From: a virus
Taxonomy: Duplodnaviria > Heunggongvirae > Uroviricota > Caudoviricetes
Reading direction: 5' to 3' (one strand)
Virus record (IMG/VR): IMGVR_UViG_3300002834_000024
Span: 1-64,000 of that record
Length of the DNA: 64,000 nucleotides
Below the pieces are notes generated by a model that saw only the letters and a list, made by a program, of their open reading frames with translations, searched no databases and was not told the origin of the DNA. Both the position numbers and the translations under genes were made by a program. The stretch's first letter is position 1; every line of letters begins with the position of its first letter. Of this stretch, positions 19,001 to 28,093 are shown in pieces.

Positions 19001-19812
19001 AATTCTGATGTTGTATCAAATGGTCCATCTTCACGATAAGAAAAATCATAATCATCCATATATGGTTGTTCTGGTTCGATTTTATATTTTAACCACACTC
19101 CATTTTGTTCTGGATATATTTTGTTTAAATCATATTCTGTGACTTTTGTATAACAATAAGAAGAATCATTATAATTCATTAAACGATATGTTTCTTCCCA
19201 TTGTTCTTTGGTATAACCATGTGCATCCGTAAATATATATGGTCCATCATCTTCACCTAAGTTTTCATTATCATAATCAAATGGTTCAAACTCATCTATG
19301 TATTGATTATAAATTTTATATGGAATTGATAATTTATTTAGAAAATTTCCTTGAATATCCCAATGTTCTTCTGCATGTTTTATAGCAGTATCCTTATCTA
19401 AAAAGATACCAACAGTATGTTGCCATGAATCTGACCATTCACCACCGAAATCTTCAATAATATAAACTTTATTCATCCTTTTTTCAGACAAAGATAAAAG
19501 TTGTTCATTTATTTTTGGTATGCTGGATGTTAATTTTTGAACATGTGAATTATATTTTTTAATAATTTTTGGTAATTCACTGTTTGGAATAGATTGTTTA
19601 CCTCCAAATGCTATGTATCCTGGATCTGTTGTTCGTATTACCTCGTATGGTCCACCTATATTAACATCAAAATTGTCTATTTTGTTACATTCATAAATGT
19701 AAACTGGACATTCGATTCCACTTGGTGATGCTTCATAATCAAGTAATGTTAATGTACCATCATCATTTCCCCAAACATTTGATCTCTTTGTTGATTTTAC
19801 TATAATTTCCAT
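18997..19812 (-). CDS. hypothetical protein
   Basis: 271-aa ORF with 4-nt overlap to the downstream gene. Contains an intragenic copy of the promoter element (19489-19535). Confidence 0.45.
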   Translation of the reverse strand: MEIIVKSTKRSNVWGNDDGTLTLLDYEASPSGIECPVYIYECNKIDNFDVNIGGPYEVIRTTDPGYIAFGGKQSIPNSELPKIIKKYNSHVQKLTSSIPKINEQLLSLSEKRMNKVYIIEDFGGEWSDSWQHTVGIFLDKDTAIKHAEEHWDIQGNFLNKLSIPYKIYNQYIDEFEPFDYDNENLGEDDGPYIFTDAHGYTKEQWEETYRLMNYNDSSYCYTKVTEYDLNKIYPEQNGVWLKYKIEPEQPYMDDYDFSYREDGPFDTTSEL

Positions 19813-19814
19813 TT

Positions 19815-20606
19815 TTATTTAATTAATTTTTCTTCTTTTAAAAATTTTGTAACCTTTTCTCTTAATGCTTCACTTTCAAGATTATTATAGCACCATTTTA
19901 GGTAAGGTAAGTCAATTTGTTTTACTTCTTGAAATGTTTTATCTCTGTATTTACCAAACCCTAATGTCATATCTTCTGTTTTAGGTGTGGTTTTTTGTAT
20001 TTCTTCTTGTGTAATCTCAATGCTGATAAATTTTTTAGATGCAAGATAATCACATACATGTAATAATTTATCAGGTTCAGTTGTTGGATATTGAACTGGT
20101 ACTGTATCTTTTTCACCCCACTCTCCCATATGTGTTTCGATAGGCATGATTAAATATTTATGTATATCATTTTCAGAATCCAAAAAATAATTATCAGTAT
20201 CAGGAAGAATATTAGAAATAATACAGTTTCTAATACATTTAATTACAAATGCAACAGCATATTCAGCATGATTTTTAACAGTATGCGCTGTTTTATTATC
20301 ACCCTTTTTAATCATATCATGTGACATGGCTGCTATTAATAATAAATCTTTTTGATTATCCGTAAATTCCCACATTTTAAGATTATATAAAGTTATCATT
20401 AGTTTTGCAACCATTTTGGTATGTCTAACTAAACCGCCATCCCCAAGACTTATTGCTGGATGATATTTTCCACTTGTTGATGCTGGTATTTCAAAAAAAT
20501 ATTGGGGGACATTTTCTAATATATTTTCTGCTAATAACTTGTATTGCGGATTTTTAATAAAAGACAATTCTTCTTTAAAAACATCTAATCTTTCTTGTTT
20601 ATTCAT
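19815..20606 (-). CDS. HD-domain phosphohydrolase
   Basis: Motifs GKYHPAISLGDGGLVRHTKMVAKL and AAMSHDMIKKGD give the H...HD...D metal-binding pattern of HD hydrolases. Confidence 0.6.
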   Translation of the reverse strand: MNKQERLDVFKEELSFIKNPQYKLLAENILENVPQYFFEIPASTSGKYHPAISLGDGGLVRHTKMVAKLMITLYNLKMWEFTDNQKDLLLIAAMSHDMIKKGDNKTAHTVKNHAEYAVAFVIKCIRNCIISNILPDTDNYFLDSENDIHKYLIMPIETHMGEWGEKDTVPVQYPTTEPDKLLHVCDYLASKKFISIEITQEEIQKTTPKTEDMTLGFGKYRDKTFQEVKQIDLPYLKWCYNNLESEALREKVTKFLKEEKLIK

Positions 20607-20705
20607 GTATAATCTGTTATTTTATTCTATCTAAAAATACATAAAAAAAATATAACCTACAACTTTACATTGTAGGTTATATTCAAAATGATTGAAAGAA
20701 TTATT

Positions 20706-22091
20706 CTATTCTTCTGTATCAGCATTAACTTCTTCAATAGATTCAATGTCCGCTTCGCCATTGTCTAATTCAATAGTTTCCATCAAGAAATGTGATTTGG
20801 TTTTAAGTTTCAAGGCTGGTGCTCCAGTTGAATCATTCCGAATAACAATTCCTTCATGTGGTACATCATTAAAACAGTCTGGGGAATTAACTTCCATATA
20901 AAACCGATTTTTATCTTTTGAAAGTTTATCAACAAAATTTGTGTGCCAGTGTTCTTCGATTGAAAGTTCGGGATATACATCTTTTGCTTTACCATAATAC
21001 AATTCCTTTACAGGTCTTATATTTCTTTCTTTACACCAGTTTTGAACTTGTTTTGCACTAAATTCAAAAACAATACCATCTTGATTTGTATAAGTTATCC
21101 GATACACATAGATTTCAAATTCACCTGATTTACATTTATAGTCATGGTTTTTTTGAATATATTTATCACTACCAGGTAAAAAACCACATATTTCTGCATA
21201 TATAGTCATACCCTTTTCCAAAAATGGTTTTAAACGTTCACCAGCTGCTGTCCAAACATCTACACTATAAAAACCAGATCCAACATCTTTGTTGATATAC
21301 CGATTTTTGATGACACCTCTTGACGAGTAAAGCACATCATATTCATTTGCAACTATTCTTGCACCAAAAAATTGTAATAACATCTCTGGCCATTTCAAAT
21401 TTCTATTTACTAAAACATCACTTACAATTAAACTTGTACCATGATATTTAGTTGTAATAGAAACAATATCATCTGGATCAATTTTGAACATATTATCAGC
21501 AAGTCTTGCGGTATCATAATGGAATGAAAATTGATTTTCGATCAATTTGTCAAACCGTTTCAATCTGTTGTTTCGTCTAACATTTTTTGACGTTCCAAGA
21601 TTTGGTTGTCTTGTTTGATGTATAACATACTTTTTGGAAAACAATTGATCATTGACGGTATCAAATGCAATATCAACATAATCAGCAATGTTTCTCAAAT
21701 CTAAATTTGGTTGCCATATTTTCAACCAATTAATTGGAAAGACGAATCCTGTTGATATAATTTTTTGCAGGTTTATTGCTTTTACACGACCTTTATTTTC
21801 AAAAAACCCAGTTTCATTTTTATCGTGAACTTTATTCATTGCAATATCTCTGAATTGGTTATTTTCTCTCAAAAATTCCATATTCAAAGTGCTTTCACAT
21901 GGACAATATACAACAATATCGCCTATTTCAATTGACCCTCTACCAACAATAATATCATTACCCAATATAGTAGTAATATCAAGTCGTGTCACCTTTGGAT
22001 CTGGGTGAGGTCTAACATTATCAATACGAATTATCTTTGTTAGATAGTTTTCGTTTGCTTTTTCACTTCTTGTAAATAATTTTGTATTCAT
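20706..22091 (-). CDS. ATP-dependent RNA ligase, DraRnl/Rnl5-like (N-terminal OB module plus nucleotidyltransferase)
   Basis: Covalent nucleotidyltransferase motifs are seen: motif I TTKYHGTS (the KxHG variant used by Rnl2/DraRnl ligases), motif IV HEGIVIR, and motif V ALKLKTK. An about 200-aa N-terminal extension precedes motif I, as in the DRB0094 family. Confidence 0.6.
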   Translation of the reverse strand: MNTKLFTRSEKANENYLTKIIRIDNVRPHPDPKVTRLDITTILGNDIIVGRGSIEIGDIVVYCPCESTLNMEFLRENNQFRDIAMNKVHDKNETGFFENKGRVKAINLQKIISTGFVFPINWLKIWQPNLDLRNIADYVDIAFDTVNDQLFSKKYVIHQTRQPNLGTSKNVRRNNRLKRFDKLIENQFSFHYDTARLADNMFKIDPDDIVSITTKYHGTSLIVSDVLVNRNLKWPEMLLQFFGARIVANEYDVLYSSRGVIKNRYINKDVGSGFYSVDVWTAAGERLKPFLEKGMTIYAEICGFLPGSDKYIQKNHDYKCKSGEFEIYVYRITYTNQDGIVFEFSAKQVQNWCKERNIRPVKELYYGKAKDVYPELSIEEHWHTNFVDKLSKDKNRFYMEVNSPDCFNDVPHEGIVIRNDSTGAPALKLKTKSHFLMETIELDNGEADIESIEEVNADTEE

Positions 22092-22096
22092 TGTTT

Positions 22097-23152
22097 TTAT
22101 TTTTTTAAAATTAGTGTATTAGTTGGATATGCAAATTCCAACTCATTAGCATTAAATGCTGATAAAATTTGTAAATTAACTTTTGACTGTATATCAAGAA
22201 TATTAACATTTTGTCTTATATGATATATCAATGTAATTTGAAGTGCAAAATCTGTATAATTATTAAAATACGCATGAATATCATGTTTAATTTCGGGTAT
22301 AAGATTGGGCAAATCTTTTAATATATTTAAAGCCAATTGCATTTTATCTGGTGTTGTATCATAAGTTAATCCCAATAAAAGTGTTATACGTCTTACGGGT
22401 TCACTTGTAATATTTTCAATAACCGAATCAACAACTTTGGAACAAGATATGGTTACTATACGTTTATTTAGTGTACGAATACGCACACTACGAATCCCAA
22501 TATCTTCAACAATACCATCAATACCATCAATTAAAACTCTATCACCAACTCTAAATGGTCTGTCAGTAAATAATACCACACCAGCAAAGATGTTTTTAAT
22601 TGTATCTTGTGATGCCAGTGCAAGTGCAACACCACCGATACCAAGACCAGTAAGTAATGTTGTAATATTAATGCCAATATATTTTAATGTTATTACAATC
22701 CCTACACACCAAACAAAAATGTTTACTGTTTTTTGTACTGTATGAACAAGTGAATAATTAAATTTTTTATTTTTATTATCAATAGAGTTATTCATGTATT
22801 CTTTAATAACCCCATCAAATACTCTTGCAAACAACCATGTGAGATTGATAATGAATAATATTTTATATGTATTATCAATATACAGACTGGTTTCGGGAGT
22901 AAAAATAAAAATTTTTAATGCTTTCCAAATTCCAAAAATAATAATACCATAAACTATAGGATTTTGAGATTTTTCAATTATGACATTATCATATGTCGTT
23001 TTTGTTTTACTTGCAATTTTAACAAAAACATTTCTGAAAATCCATTGAATACTTCTTTTAAGTAAAATAACTATGATTATAATACCTAATGAAATTAACC
23101 ATTGGGTTAATGAAGTATCGTATAGGAATGTGTTATTAAAAAAATCAAACAT
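22097..23152 (-). CDS. mechanosensitive ion channel, MscS family
   Basis: Multiple N-terminal TM helices, then the canonical MscS core GIGGVALALASQDTIKNIFAGVVLFTDRPFRVGDRVLIDGIDGIVEDIGIRSVRIRTLNKRIVTI. Confidence 0.8.
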   Translation of the reverse strand: MFDFFNNTFLYDTSLTQWLISLGIIIIVILLKRSIQWIFRNVFVKIASKTKTTYDNVIIEKSQNPIVYGIIIFGIWKALKIFIFTPETSLYIDNTYKILFIINLTWLFARVFDGVIKEYMNNSIDNKNKKFNYSLVHTVQKTVNIFVWCVGIVITLKYIGINITTLLTGLGIGGVALALASQDTIKNIFAGVVLFTDRPFRVGDRVLIDGIDGIVEDIGIRSVRIRTLNKRIVTISCSKVVDSVIENITSEPVRRITLLLGLTYDTTPDKMQLALNILKDLPNLIPEIKHDIHAYFNNYTDFALQITLIYHIRQNVNILDIQSKVNLQILSAFNANELEFAYPTNTLILKK

Positions 23153-23239
23153 AATTTATGTAAGTTTAAACTGATTATGCAAATTGGTCAAGTAGTTCAT
23201 ACCTGACCAAGATGCACATACAGTATTTAGTATTTTTGT

Positions 23240-24079
23240 TTATCTATTACGTCCAACTTGTAATACATTTTCGGCATTTGTACCAATCACTAAATTAATA
23301 TTCGCATTATCTTTTACCCTAATAATTTCGATTAATTCCTTATTATTATCTAATTGTTTTAATGCGATAAACTCATTTGGTGTTAATCCCAAATCCCTCA
23401 TATATGCCTTATCAGCCTTTGCTCTTGCGGATTCAGCCTTTTCTCTGGCTATTTCAGCTGCTTCTCGTTTATCCTGGGTTTCTTTCGCTTGGATTTGTGC
23501 TGCTGTTCTATCCATTTCTTCAATTACCGCATCATTTGGTCTTGCTCTACCTGTTATAACATCTATTAGTTTTATTGGTAATCCCTTTTCTTTGATTATT
23601 TTTTCAAGCGTAATTCGTAATTCACCATTAATTTCTTCATACACTGTTCTATCTGATGTTAATCTAAACATAGGATATTTCGATATTTGCGCTCTTACCA
23701 TTTCCCTATAAAGTGCTTGAATGTTATTTTCAAACCATTTTAAACCAAAATTTTTATACAATATAGGTGATTTACCACTTTCGATTTGTAATGATAATGT
23801 AACTTGTAAATTAACAGGTGTGTTATTTTGGGTAATCACATCATTAAATTCCTCGTCATATCTTAACGGTATCATATCAAAAATTTCGGTATCTGTGGAC
23901 CATGCTGGAAAATACCTATCACCACTACCTGGTTTATCGTGAACACCAGCGCCACCAAATAACCACGGCTTTCCAATAAACACAACCTCCTGTGTTTCAT
24001 CAACTGAAATGGAATAACATCCACTTAACATAAACACTGCAACAAACATTGTTGCCAACAAACTAAAAATCTTTCTCAT
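23240..24079 (-). CDS. SPFH/band-7 domain lipoprotein
   Basis: Signal peptide with lipobox MRKIFSLLATMFVAVFMLSGC. The C-terminal region resembles prohibitin/band-7 domains and is followed by a charged coiled-coil EEMDRTAAQIQAKETQDKREAAEIAREKAESARAKADKA. Confidence 0.55.
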   Translation of the reverse strand: MRKIFSLLATMFVAVFMLSGCYSISVDETQEVVFIGKPWLFGGAGVHDKPGSGDRYFPAWSTDTEIFDMIPLRYDEEFNDVITQNNTPVNLQVTLSLQIESGKSPILYKNFGLKWFENNIQALYREMVRAQISKYPMFRLTSDRTVYEEINGELRITLEKIIKEKGLPIKLIDVITGRARPNDAVIEEMDRTAAQIQAKETQDKREAAEIAREKAESARAKADKAYMRDLGLTPNEFIALKQLDNNKELIEIIRVKDNANINLVIGTNAENVLQVGRNR

Positions 24080-24092
24080 GTCTTTACAATTT

Positions 24093-24734
24093 TTAAATTA
24101 AACTTAAATTTATAATATTTTCTTCTTTTTGCTTATCTAATATTTGATTAACTTCCACTAATGAAATTGGTCTGTAATCATTACGTTCAACTGAAACATT
24201 ATATGAATTTATAGTTCCGATCTCATTGTTTTTTTCGTGGATATGACCATGTAAATGATAAACCCCATGATGTTTTCCCTCCCAGTTATATTGAGGAAAA
24301 TGGTCTAATATGTATCGCCTTTTTCCACATCTAACTTCCAAACGTTCTTTTACTGATAACAATTTTGTTACAATACTGGTTATTTGATTCGGAGTATAAT
24401 GTTTTTCAACTTTTTCAACACATTTTCTATCATCATGATTCCCAATAACAAGAATTTGAATACCATTTAGTTTATCGAGAAGTTTTATCCATTGATCAGA
24501 ACTTCCAGACCAACAAAAATCCCCTAAATTGAAAACATAATCGTTAGGTTGAACAACACTATTCCATTTTTCAATCAGTTTATCGGACATTTCTTGCATG
24601 TCAGAAAATGGTCTGTTACATAATCTGATTATATTTTTATGAAAAAAATGATGATCAGATGTAAACCAAACATTTTGTTCATCCTTTACATCAGTAAATT
24701 CGATGTATCCATATTTTGAAGATATTTTAATCAT
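24093..24734 (-). CDS. calcineurin-like metallophosphoesterase
   Basis: Metal-binding motifs in order: WFTSDHHFFH, FNLGDFC, VIGNHDD, HLHGHIHE. Confidence 0.75.
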   Translation of the reverse strand: MIKISSKYGYIEFTDVKDEQNVWFTSDHHFFHKNIIRLCNRPFSDMQEMSDKLIEKWNSVVQPNDYVFNLGDFCWSGSSDQWIKLLDKLNGIQILVIGNHDDRKCVEKVEKHYTPNQITSIVTKLLSVKERLEVRCGKRRYILDHFPQYNWEGKHHGVYHLHGHIHEKNNEIGTINSYNVSVERNDYRPISLVEVNQILDKQKEENIINLSLI

Positions 24735-24993
24735 ACCATTTTAATTTTTGACCACAATTTGGACAACGTTCTAAATTATATGCTCTTGTATAATATCCAT
24801 CATCACATGGTTCATAATCATGAAAATCTTCCAGACAAGTTGGACATTCGCTAGGACACCAATCACTTATCATTGGTTTAACTGGTGTGTTGAGTAATTC
24901 AAGTGCATCTCTAATGCCTGTTTCATAAAGGGGATAATTTCCCATGTTATTTTTCTCAACTAATTTTTCAACTATTCTATCTATAATTTCCAT
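24727..24993 (-). CDS. small Cys-rich (zinc-ribbon) protein
   Basis: 88 aa with CPSECPTC and CPNCGQK pairs. Overlaps the downstream gene by 8 nt. Confidence 0.45.
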   Translation of the reverse strand: MEIIDRIVEKLVEKNNMGNYPLYETGIRDALELLNTPVKPMISDWCPSECPTCLEDFHDYEPCDDGYYTRAYNLERCPNCGQKLKWYD

Positions 24994-25010
24994 TTTCTTT
25001 TAATTTGATA

Positions 25011-25058
25011 CAAAAGTACAAATAAAAATTGGATAAGGGAAATTACTGGATGTTAAAA
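25011..25058 (-). promoter_or_regulatory. conserved bipartite minus-strand promoter element (TTTTAACATCCAG-N27-TAcTTTTG)
   Basis: Plus strand shows CAAAAGTA at 25011-25018 and CTGGATGTTAAAA at 25046-25058. About 20 nt upstream of the ATG of 24727-24993. The stop codon of the upstream gene abuts the 13-mer. Confidence 0.6.
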
Positions 25059-26168
25059 TTATTTTGGCCCAGTATTGGTTGTTGTCCTGTTTGGGGAATA
25101 AGATTGTGTTTGATATGATGGTTGAACATAGTTTTCTTTTAAAACCAATTTATCACCAACATAATTTGCAACAACAAAAAAATCATTGTTAGGGAATAGT
25201 TTAAGATTTTCCTGATATGTTATACCTAATACTTTACAATCATTTCTAGATAAATCTATATAATTTTTATCAATGAATTTTACAACCCAACCATCATATT
25301 CAATATTCCTAATTGTATTTATTTTATAAATGATTTCTATTTCTTTTTTTCTACTTTGTAAATCATTGAAATCATTAATAAAATATTTTAAATCAGATGT
25401 TGTATTATTAGATAATTTAGATAATTCATTATATGAAAAATTAGATTTATGCCAACTCTGAACTTCAGGTACTAATACTACTTTTTGTGTACTATTTGGT
25501 AACTTTTTAATTTTTGCATGAAAAAAATGTGGGGGACTAATTTTTTCAACTTCAAGCATATAAAAGTTATCAAATTTTTCTGTTTCAACTGTTTCAGATG
25601 TAATGTAATCAAATAAATTAGATTTATATTCTGGACTATCAATCATAAATACCATAGAACCAACTTGTAATTCTTGGTTTTCAACTAAAGGGGTTACTTT
25701 TGATAGGAAACAAACTTTAGTCTCCCCAACAGAACGTGCAACACATGATTCAGTAGAATAAAATCTATTGTGTTTCCAACTTGGAGTAGTTAAAGCATAA
25801 GTAATATCATATTTAATAACATTACCGTCCCCATTATCATTATAATTGGATATTAAAGAGTTGAGATTTTTTACTGGTTCTAATTGAGGCTTGTATCTGG
25901 ATGGTAAACGCAAAACATTACCATCCCCATTAAATATTAGGGAAAATGGCTTATTGATTTCAAATATGCAAAGCACATTTTTATCTCCATTTATAATAAT
26001 ACGTGGAGATGCTTTGTCATAGTATACAGCAATTTTATTTCTATCACCATTTACAACTAAATTATCTGCCTTATCACTTGTAAATACTAATTCTTGTTTA
26101 TCACCATTTACCGTTTTACTCATTTGATTACTTTTTATTATTTTCCTCTTGTTGTTGCCACGCTTCAA
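25059..26168 (-). CDS. repeat protein with five NGD-x-N beta-strand-like repeats (possible beta-helix/polymer-forming fold)
   Basis: N-terminal region has five repeats spaced about 15 aa apart: VNGDKQELVF, VNGDRNKIAVYY, INGDKNVLCIF, FNGDGNVLRL, DNGDGNVIKY. An alternative start at an internal Met (26123) would remove the 41-nt overlap with the upstream gene. Confidence 0.4.
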   Translation of the reverse strand: MKRGNNKRKIIKSNQMSKTVNGDKQELVFTSDKADNLVVNGDRNKIAVYYDKASPRIIINGDKNVLCIFEINKPFSLIFNGDGNVLRLPSRYKPQLEPVKNLNSLISNYNDNGDGNVIKYDITYALTTPSWKHNRFYSTESCVARSVGETKVCFLSKVTPLVENQELQVGSMVFMIDSPEYKSNLFDYITSETVETEKFDNFYMLEVEKISPPHFFHAKIKKLPNSTQKVVLVPEVQSWHKSNFSYNELSKLSNNTTSDLKYFINDFNDLQSRKKEIEIIYKINTIRNIEYDGWVVKFIDKNYIDLSRNDCKVLGITYQENLKLFPNNDFFVVANYVGDKLVLKENYVQPSYQTQSYSPNRTTTNTGPK

Positions 26169-27282
26169 GTTCAGAATTTGATAGTGTTGGTATCAAAGAA
26201 ATTTTATTATTTAATGTTAATAAACTTTTTTCAAGATCCCTTCTTTTTGTTATTGCATCATTATTAATTTGTTTTGATTCAATTAACATATGAATAATAT
26301 CATTTGTGCTTGATTCAAGTGCTTCCAATGCAACTACTGAATTTTGATTTTCAGTATTAATTTCTTTCATTTGTATTCTAATATTTTTTGCATTTTTCTT
26401 GATTGTCTCATTAGTTGTTTTACTAAGTGCTTTATGACTTTCTAAAACTTTTTTCTGATTATATAATGCAAGAGAATTTGCGAGAGCATTTTTAAATATA
26501 GGAATAGTTATGGTTGAAATAGTATCCGAATTGTTCATTAATTTTACATTCCCATATTGAATGGCACGTTTTTCTGTTAAACCATTTTGTAATGTATATC
26601 TGGCTACTAACCAATCCGTAACTCTTTTATCAAAAATATTTATATATTCAGTTAAATTGTAAATTTCATGATCGTCATAATTATCTGGGTTTTGGTTCAT
26701 ATCATCTAATTTTGTTTGTAAAATTTCGAGTTGTAATTTTCCCCCAATAATCATAGTTTCCAATTCAGCAATGGAATCCTTATCATTATCATACATTGTT
26801 TGAAGCGTATTGTTATCACCAGCTAATTTTAATTTACCAGCAGCAATTTGGTTGGATATTTCGGTGACACTATTTGAAATAGTATCATATTTTTTAACAA
26901 TTTTATTTAATTTTTTGAAATATTTTCCAATTATTGGCGTTTTTGAAAATTTTACAAGAAATTTATTAGGTAAAGACTTAATTTCATCTGGATCAATTAA
27001 TTCCAATTGCATTTGTAACTCTGTTAATAGATTACCAATTTCACCAGCATTATCTATTTTACAGTGATTAAAAAAATTTGATGAGTTTGTGGAAATTTTT
27101 TGACCAACATCAGTCCCAAATTGAACAATATCCCCAATATTTTCTCCGTCAAATTGTTTTACTTTTTCAAGATATTTTGTTTTTTCTTCGTCCGATAAAA
27201 TAGATAAGTTAATGCTGTTATCTTTTGCAATAATCGCTAACATGTTCCCATCCTTTCTTTGATTTTCACCTGAATTTTTCAT
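26128..27282 (-). CDS. TelA/KlaA-like (toxic-anion-resistance family) protein
   Basis: About 380 aa and largely helical. Architecture and segments such as DIVQFGTDVGQKIS...AGEIGNLLTELQMQLELIDP resemble TelA family proteins. Assignment is from recollection of the family, not a search. Confidence 0.4.
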   Translation of the reverse strand: MKNSGENQRKDGNMLAIIAKDNSINLSILSDEEKTKYLEKVKQFDGENIGDIVQFGTDVGQKISTNSSNFFNHCKIDNAGEIGNLLTELQMQLELIDPDEIKSLPNKFLVKFSKTPIIGKYFKKLNKIVKKYDTISNSVTEISNQIAAGKLKLAGDNNTLQTMYDNDKDSIAELETMIIGGKLQLEILQTKLDDMNQNPDNYDDHEIYNLTEYINIFDKRVTDWLVARYTLQNGLTEKRAIQYGNVKLMNNSDTISTITIPIFKNALANSLALYNQKKVLESHKALSKTTNETIKKNAKNIRIQMKEINTENQNSVVALEALESSTNDIIHMLIESKQINNDAITKRRDLEKSLLTLNNKISLIPTLSNSELEAWQQQEENNKK

Positions 27283-27312
27283 TTTTATTGTATTTTTAAA
27301 ATTTTAATAATC

Positions 27313-27699
27313 TCAATTGCAAAAATAACTACTTTTCAATTGATTTGAAAGATATTTGTTCTCAATATATTTTTTTATTATATCCCCATGACATGATAAA
27401 GGTTTACAAAAACAACCTAAATATACATTTTTACCATTAGTATATAGAGTATAGATTTCGTTAATCTTATTCTGTAACATTTGGTTTATTTCAATTTCCG
27501 AATGGAAATAATTTCGATATTTTTCAATAGAATCCTCTCTGTTTTCAACTATGAATTTGGCTAATGTATTTTTATCCTTTATACTTGTGAATGGATTTGA
27601 TAATACATTACCATATCTATCTCTACCTATATAAAAATAAGGTTCTCCACTTGGTGGAAACTCTTTTTTTATATTTATTACATATATTTCGCCACACAT
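27313..27699 (-). CDS. DUF4326-family protein
   Basis: The block FYIGRDRYGNVLSNPF matches the YIGR...NPF signature of DUF4326. Confidence 0.5.
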   Translation of the reverse strand: MCGEIYVINIKKEFPPSGEPYFYIGRDRYGNVLSNPFTSIKDKNTLAKFIVENREDSIEKYRNYFHSEIEINQMLQNKINEIYTLYTNGKNVYLGCFCKPLSCHGDIIKKYIENKYLSNQLKSSYFCN

Positions 27700-27884
27700 T
27701 ATGAATGTATTAATTTAAAATTATCACAAGCCAGATCACGAAGTCTTACATTGTAATATTCTTTACCACTTAAAATTTGATTTGAACATTCCAAACATTT
27801 GTGTCTTACTCGTTTGCCGATTGTATATCTTTTTATATGCTGGCAATCTTTACATCTTGCTGAATATAGTATTTCAATAATCAT
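27699..27884 (-). CDS. small C4 zinc-finger protein
   Basis: 61 aa with CKDCQH...CLECSNQ. Confidence 0.35.
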   Translation of the reverse strand: MIIEILYSARCKDCQHIKRYTIGKRVRHKCLECSNQILSGKEYYNVRLRDLACDNFKLIHS

Positions 27885-28075
27885 TTATATATGGTGTATT
27901 TTCTTTTATAAAAATGTAATTTTTCCATTGCATACTTTTGGGATACTTCTTTACTTCTACCCTCATAAATGGCTTGTTTAAAATGGTTCATGTAAATTCT
28001 GATGTATATTCTACAACATCCCCACAAATAACCAATAGCATATGCTATAATTCCAACTAAAATTAATTCTTTCAT
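27881..28075 (-). CDS. small membrane protein
   Basis: 64 aa. N-terminal hydrophobic helix LILVGIIAYAIGYLWG followed by a basic tail. Confidence 0.35.
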   Translation of the reverse strand: MKELILVGIIAYAIGYLWGCCRIYIRIYMNHFKQAIYEGRSKEVSQKYAMEKLHFYKRKYTIYK

Positions 28076-28093
28076 TTCTATTTCTTTTTTTTG

